From Vairimorpha necatrix (taxonomy: Eukaryota), in contig CP142735.1 in the NCBI GenBank assembly GCA_036630325.1, forward strand, positions 434,001 through 498,000: DNA of 64,000 nucleotides. Reading direction: 5' to 3'. The translations under genes were made by a program, and so were the position numbers. Under the pieces are notes generated by a model, which was not told the origin of the DNA, made no database searches, and saw only the letters and a list, made by a program, of their open reading frames with translations. Below, piece by piece: positions 59,750 to 64,000 of this stretch (its first letter is position 1; each line of letters opens with the position of its first letter).

Positions 59750-62336
59750 GTTATAGTTAAGGTATTTTGAATGAAAAGTAAACAAAACATTCTGTAAAAA
59801 GTACTAAACTTAAACAAAACAAAACCAGATGAGGCTGAAGAAAAATCAACCACAATACAATGTACCCAAGAAGTAAACGCCCCAGAAAGCCGCCCATTGC
59901 TGTGGTCATGGCTTTTGGCAACTAAATTAAGCTGCCCCATTTTTGAGTGGCCAATAAAGATGCTGGAAGGTGTGCTAAGAAGATTTGGACAAATGCCAAG
60001 ATATAGTTGGAAAGCTGTACATGGAATATATTTAGGAAATAATAACGTAGATATAAGTATCACGGATTTAAAGAAGAAATCCTAGTAACAAAGTAACCAA
60101 TGTAAATGGAAATAGTGTTCACAAGCAAAGTTTAAGGAAGATCAGTGTAAAAGCGTAAAGCACTAGATTCGATTTGTAATCACATCTCTTTTATAGAGGC
60201 GAAACAAGATAACATGAATAAAAAAACTCTACTCAACTTTTTTTGAAGTAGTAAATATACAGCCTCTTAGGAATCAGAAAGAACCTATAAGATACCACTT
60301 GTTTTTCTCGATACAGAAGTTATTACATGTATTAATAAACAAATAGGAAACTATCTACAGAGTCATAATCCTGTAACTCTTGTCCCTCATAGCTAAGCTA
60401 TTTCAAGCAGCTCAGCTTACTTATAAAGTTATTGTTATGAAGAAAAGAAGAAAGTTTTGAAAAATTGATAAAATCAGTAAATGGATTAAATTTTAATAAG
60501 AGAAAGTTAATTTTACTAACAAAGAAGAGAATCTCGGGGATTAGAAAGCTTTAAAATCATTTTTCAGCACAAATAAGCTTTCGTTTAAAAGTAAAATAGA
60601 TAAGGTCAAAGTAATCGCAATACTATATAAAAAGAAGACAATATACTGTAAAAGAGAAAATGTTTTACAGGATATGTGAATACAGAAGAAAAAATCACAG
60701 TTTTGAATTGAATAGGAGCAGGTTTTATAGAAGCCTTGGCCAAGAAGAAGTAGAGACTCAACACAATGTGGCGGAAGAAGAGATTAAAGAATTTTGGTCA
60801 ACGATGTGGAATGCAAGCAGCGAAAAAAAAACAGAACAATAGGGCAAGTATCTAAAAGAATTTCTTCCGTTACAAGACCAATCAATAACATATCCATCAT
60901 TTAAAGAATTTGAGAGCATTATTAAAAGACTTCCAAATTAGAAGGCAGAGGTTAAATGGAATGTTCAATTTCTTCAAAAAAAGATTGACTGAATGCATAG
61001 ATGCCTATACGAAAATATTAAGAATTTCAGCCTAGAAGAGATTGAAGAAGAAGAATAGTTTTACCGTGGGCTAACATATTTGATACCCAAGGGAATTCCC
61101 AAGAAAGGTGGCGAATTTAGAACAATAACGTGCATGTCAAATTTTTCAAGCTCACCGCCAAATGCAAAACATAAGTAATGCAATTAGAGATAGATTCAAA
61201 AGACCTTCTTGGAACTGTGAGAGGAGCCCAAGTGCTAAAGAACAAGTTATGCTTAACCTCTGCATCAATAAAGAAAATAGTAATGCATTAAGGACTACAT
61301 GGATCGATGTGAAAAAAAGCTTTTGACTCTATCCACCATGAATCTTGTGAATTGTTCAAAATGTCTCAATTTCCCCGAGTGGATTTACAAGACCCTAAGA
61401 AACGTAACATCGAAATGGTCTGTCAATCGTGGATAAGGAAAAAAAAATCCTAGACAAGAAAATATCCAAGGGAAATTCTGTAAGGAGATAGTCTTTTACC
61501 CCTATACTTCGTATTATGCCTAGATTCGCTCAAAAGATACCTAAATATGAGACATCCAAAAGTCGGGGGTCGCTGGAAGGCGAAGAATAATAAACCAATC
61601 ACCTATGTCGATTGATTGAATCGAAATTATTACAAAAGAAACCGAAACCGCAAAGAATATATCACTAGACGTTGATTAGTTCATTTGTAAAATAGGTCTG
61701 GAAATAAATATAACTTAGTCTGCTGCTAACAGTAAATCATGTAAAAATTTGGCCGATACAATTGATATTGCAAAGAGATATAAGTATCTAGGAATAAAGA
61801 GACCGATCAAAATAGAATAAAGCCCTGGACATTTAGAAAACTAAAAGAAGAAATTTCAAAAAGAGTAAGGACATTGGCACAGATGCCGATGAGCGGAAAG
61901 AATATGTTTAAAGCGATTAATGAATTTGTCATAAGTAAGCTAAACTATTACATTGGGGTTATTAATCTTGAACCAGAGGATTTTATAAAACTAGACACAG
62001 AAATAGGGGACTGCTAACAATCCTTAATGTACACAAACAACCTGTTTGTTAGGAATGGCTTTATTTGGCAAAACCAGATTTAGACAGGTGGCTAGTATGC
62101 AGCGAATTTAAAAGTTAATCGGCACTTTTAAATCTCTTATTAGAACAGAAAGAATAACAAAAGAAGAGCGACCATATTAAAGGTAGAAACTGAAAAAAGT
62201 CACATTTAGCTTTCTTTTTTGCCTTTTTTAAAGAAAAGTACGAATTGAAAGACCAAGTAAGCGATGCGAAAATGTTTAATGACAAGCAAAAAAGCAGACT
62301 GAATAACGATATTGAAAACAAAATATACCATAAAAA
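59750..62336 (+). pseudogene. Degenerate RLE-type (R4/Dong-like) non-LTR retrotransposon, cut by the MULE
   Basis: FELNRSRFYR, EFWSTMW, FRTITCMSN, WIDVKKAFDSIHH, GIL*GDSL and YKYLG motifs. Confidence 0.85.
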
Positions 62337-64000
62337 GGGTTCTAGGATAATTCACCGACTATCAATTCACCATAAACCAATTCACCAAAAAAATTGAAAC
62401 ATATATTTTATGGGATATCGATGATATATATATATATATGTTTAATTTAAAATTTTTTATGTATGGATCATATATATTGTGCAATATAGCATTTAAATAT
62501 TATAATATTTATATCACTGGCGTGTTTACCGGGGAGCTTGCCTGTGGCAAGGAGGCATTCAATGATGCTACGGTTTGGAGTGCCGTGAAAACCGGAGCTT
62601 AGATGGTTTAAAGGAAAAGATTGTTTATTGTTACAGAAAGAGTTTGGCTTATCTGATTATAGAAGGAAGAGTGTTTGTTAGTGTTCGAGTGATGTAACAT
62701 GTCGATAATGGATTTTCTTTATTTATAGTTAGAGTAACCATAGAAGCAAATGTGATATAACTAATCAATAATAACTGCCAATCATTGATCGTTCCGGTGA
62801 AGGATTGGCGTTTTAATTTTCATTGGTTAATTATAGAACATGTGGTATAATCCATTATACCACGATCACTAAATGAATTAAAAAATGTAAAAAGTATAAA
62901 AATGTTGATAAAAATTAATCTGAAAATGATAGATTATGGACAACGCGACTTCAATTCCTCAAAATTAGGCCATACAATGTACTAGTATATTTGTAGCATT
63001 AATGTTTTTACATTGCATTGCGGTGTAATGTTCTATCTAAAGATTTTGTAAAAAAGTCTCATCCAGTTCGATACCAAAGTGCAATGAAGGTATCTAGGCA
63101 CACTTGGTAAGGCGCAGGTTTGAAAAAAAGATGTATGTTTCCATAAAAATTATGCATTGTTTTTAGATTTTTTAACATTTTAATTCTGAACCCCAAATTT
63201 TAATAATGCAGATCGAATATTTACCCTCAGAAAAAGGGAAGAAAAAATTAATTCTAGAAGGTCATCTTTTCTTTAAAGAAAAATAGGGTTGGGAAATAGC
63301 CAAAATATATTGGAAATGTGAATATTATCAAAAGTACAAGTGCAAATGTAGAGTGATTACAATGTGTAATGGGGCAATTAAAGTGTGCGGCGAACACAAT
63401 CATTCTGAAGATGCTGCTATAGTCGAAGCCGATAAAATATAAGCAAATGTTCGAGCCTTGGCAAAAACCTCTAGAGATGCGCCACAATCAATTATATCGG
63501 ATTGTTTGTTCCTATGCAGCCAAGCTGCAGCTCCAAATTGCCTTTGATTGACAATATGAAGCGTAGCGTTCGTTATATTCGACAAATTGCAGAAACCGGC
63601 CCGCACTCCCAAATTCGCGGCAAAAAAATTGAATTTACAGACGAATTTAAGGAAACGGCAAGAGTTGACCTCTTTCTATTGTATAATTCTTGAGCAGATG
63701 AAAACAGAATTTTATTTTGTCGACGAATCACAATTTACGGCTTTGGCAGATAGCCAACACTGGTACGCAGATGGCACCTTAAACCCCGTACCATTATTAT
63801 TTCATCAATTGTGCACATATTACGGTCTAAAACAAAGAGCCTCTATTCCCTTGGTCTTCGCTTTATTGCCAAATAAATTAGAGCAAACCTATCTAAATTT
63901 CTTTGCACTTTAAAAGATTTGAACCATCATTAAATCCGCAATCCATAACTGTAGATTTTGAAAAGGCCATGATGAATGCTATTTCAGTACAGTTTCTAAA
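62337..64000 (+). mobile_element. FLYWCH-MULE (Mutator-like) transposon, truncated by window end
   Basis: Left end GGGTTCTAGG with three AATTCACC repeats. Frameshifted transposase from 63206: YWKC..CKCR..EHNH, WYADGT, PLVFALLPNK, VDFEKA. Confidence 0.85.

Noticed and set aside
62515..62865. GC-richer segment and a 10-bp hairpin (GTGGTATAAT/ATTATACCAC) in the MULE 5' region
   Set aside because: No boundaries, TSD or recognisable RNA family could be established

Overview
A very AT-rich, apparently intron-less eukaryotic region. My rough sum of element spans puts about three-quarters to four-fifths of it in transposable elements. A CCC- or GGG-like motif just upstream of most ATGs, plus the TE mix, suggests a large-genome microsporidian; this is inference. 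Contents: eight Ty3/Gypsy elements (one intact, with identical LTRs), one TRIM-like mini-element, solo LTRs, six Merlin/IS1595-like copies or relics, one Tc1 (DD34E), one Buster-type hAT, one Ginger-like integrase transposon, one FLYWCH-MULE and several relics of RLE-type non-LTR elements. Insertions are nested up to four deep. The only host-like genes are two paralogous ~770-800 aa proteins with N-terminal signal-peptide-like segments and no function I can recognise. The most unusual feature is the LTR architecture. Most LTRs are only 37-124 bp. In most elements the Gag start codon lies inside the LTR behind a CCC/GGG motif, or is formed at the LTR-end/PBS junction. In four families the AATAAA signal is read in frame as Asn-Lys, and the PBS is protein-coding. 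All coordinates and TSDs were read by eye and no database searches were run.
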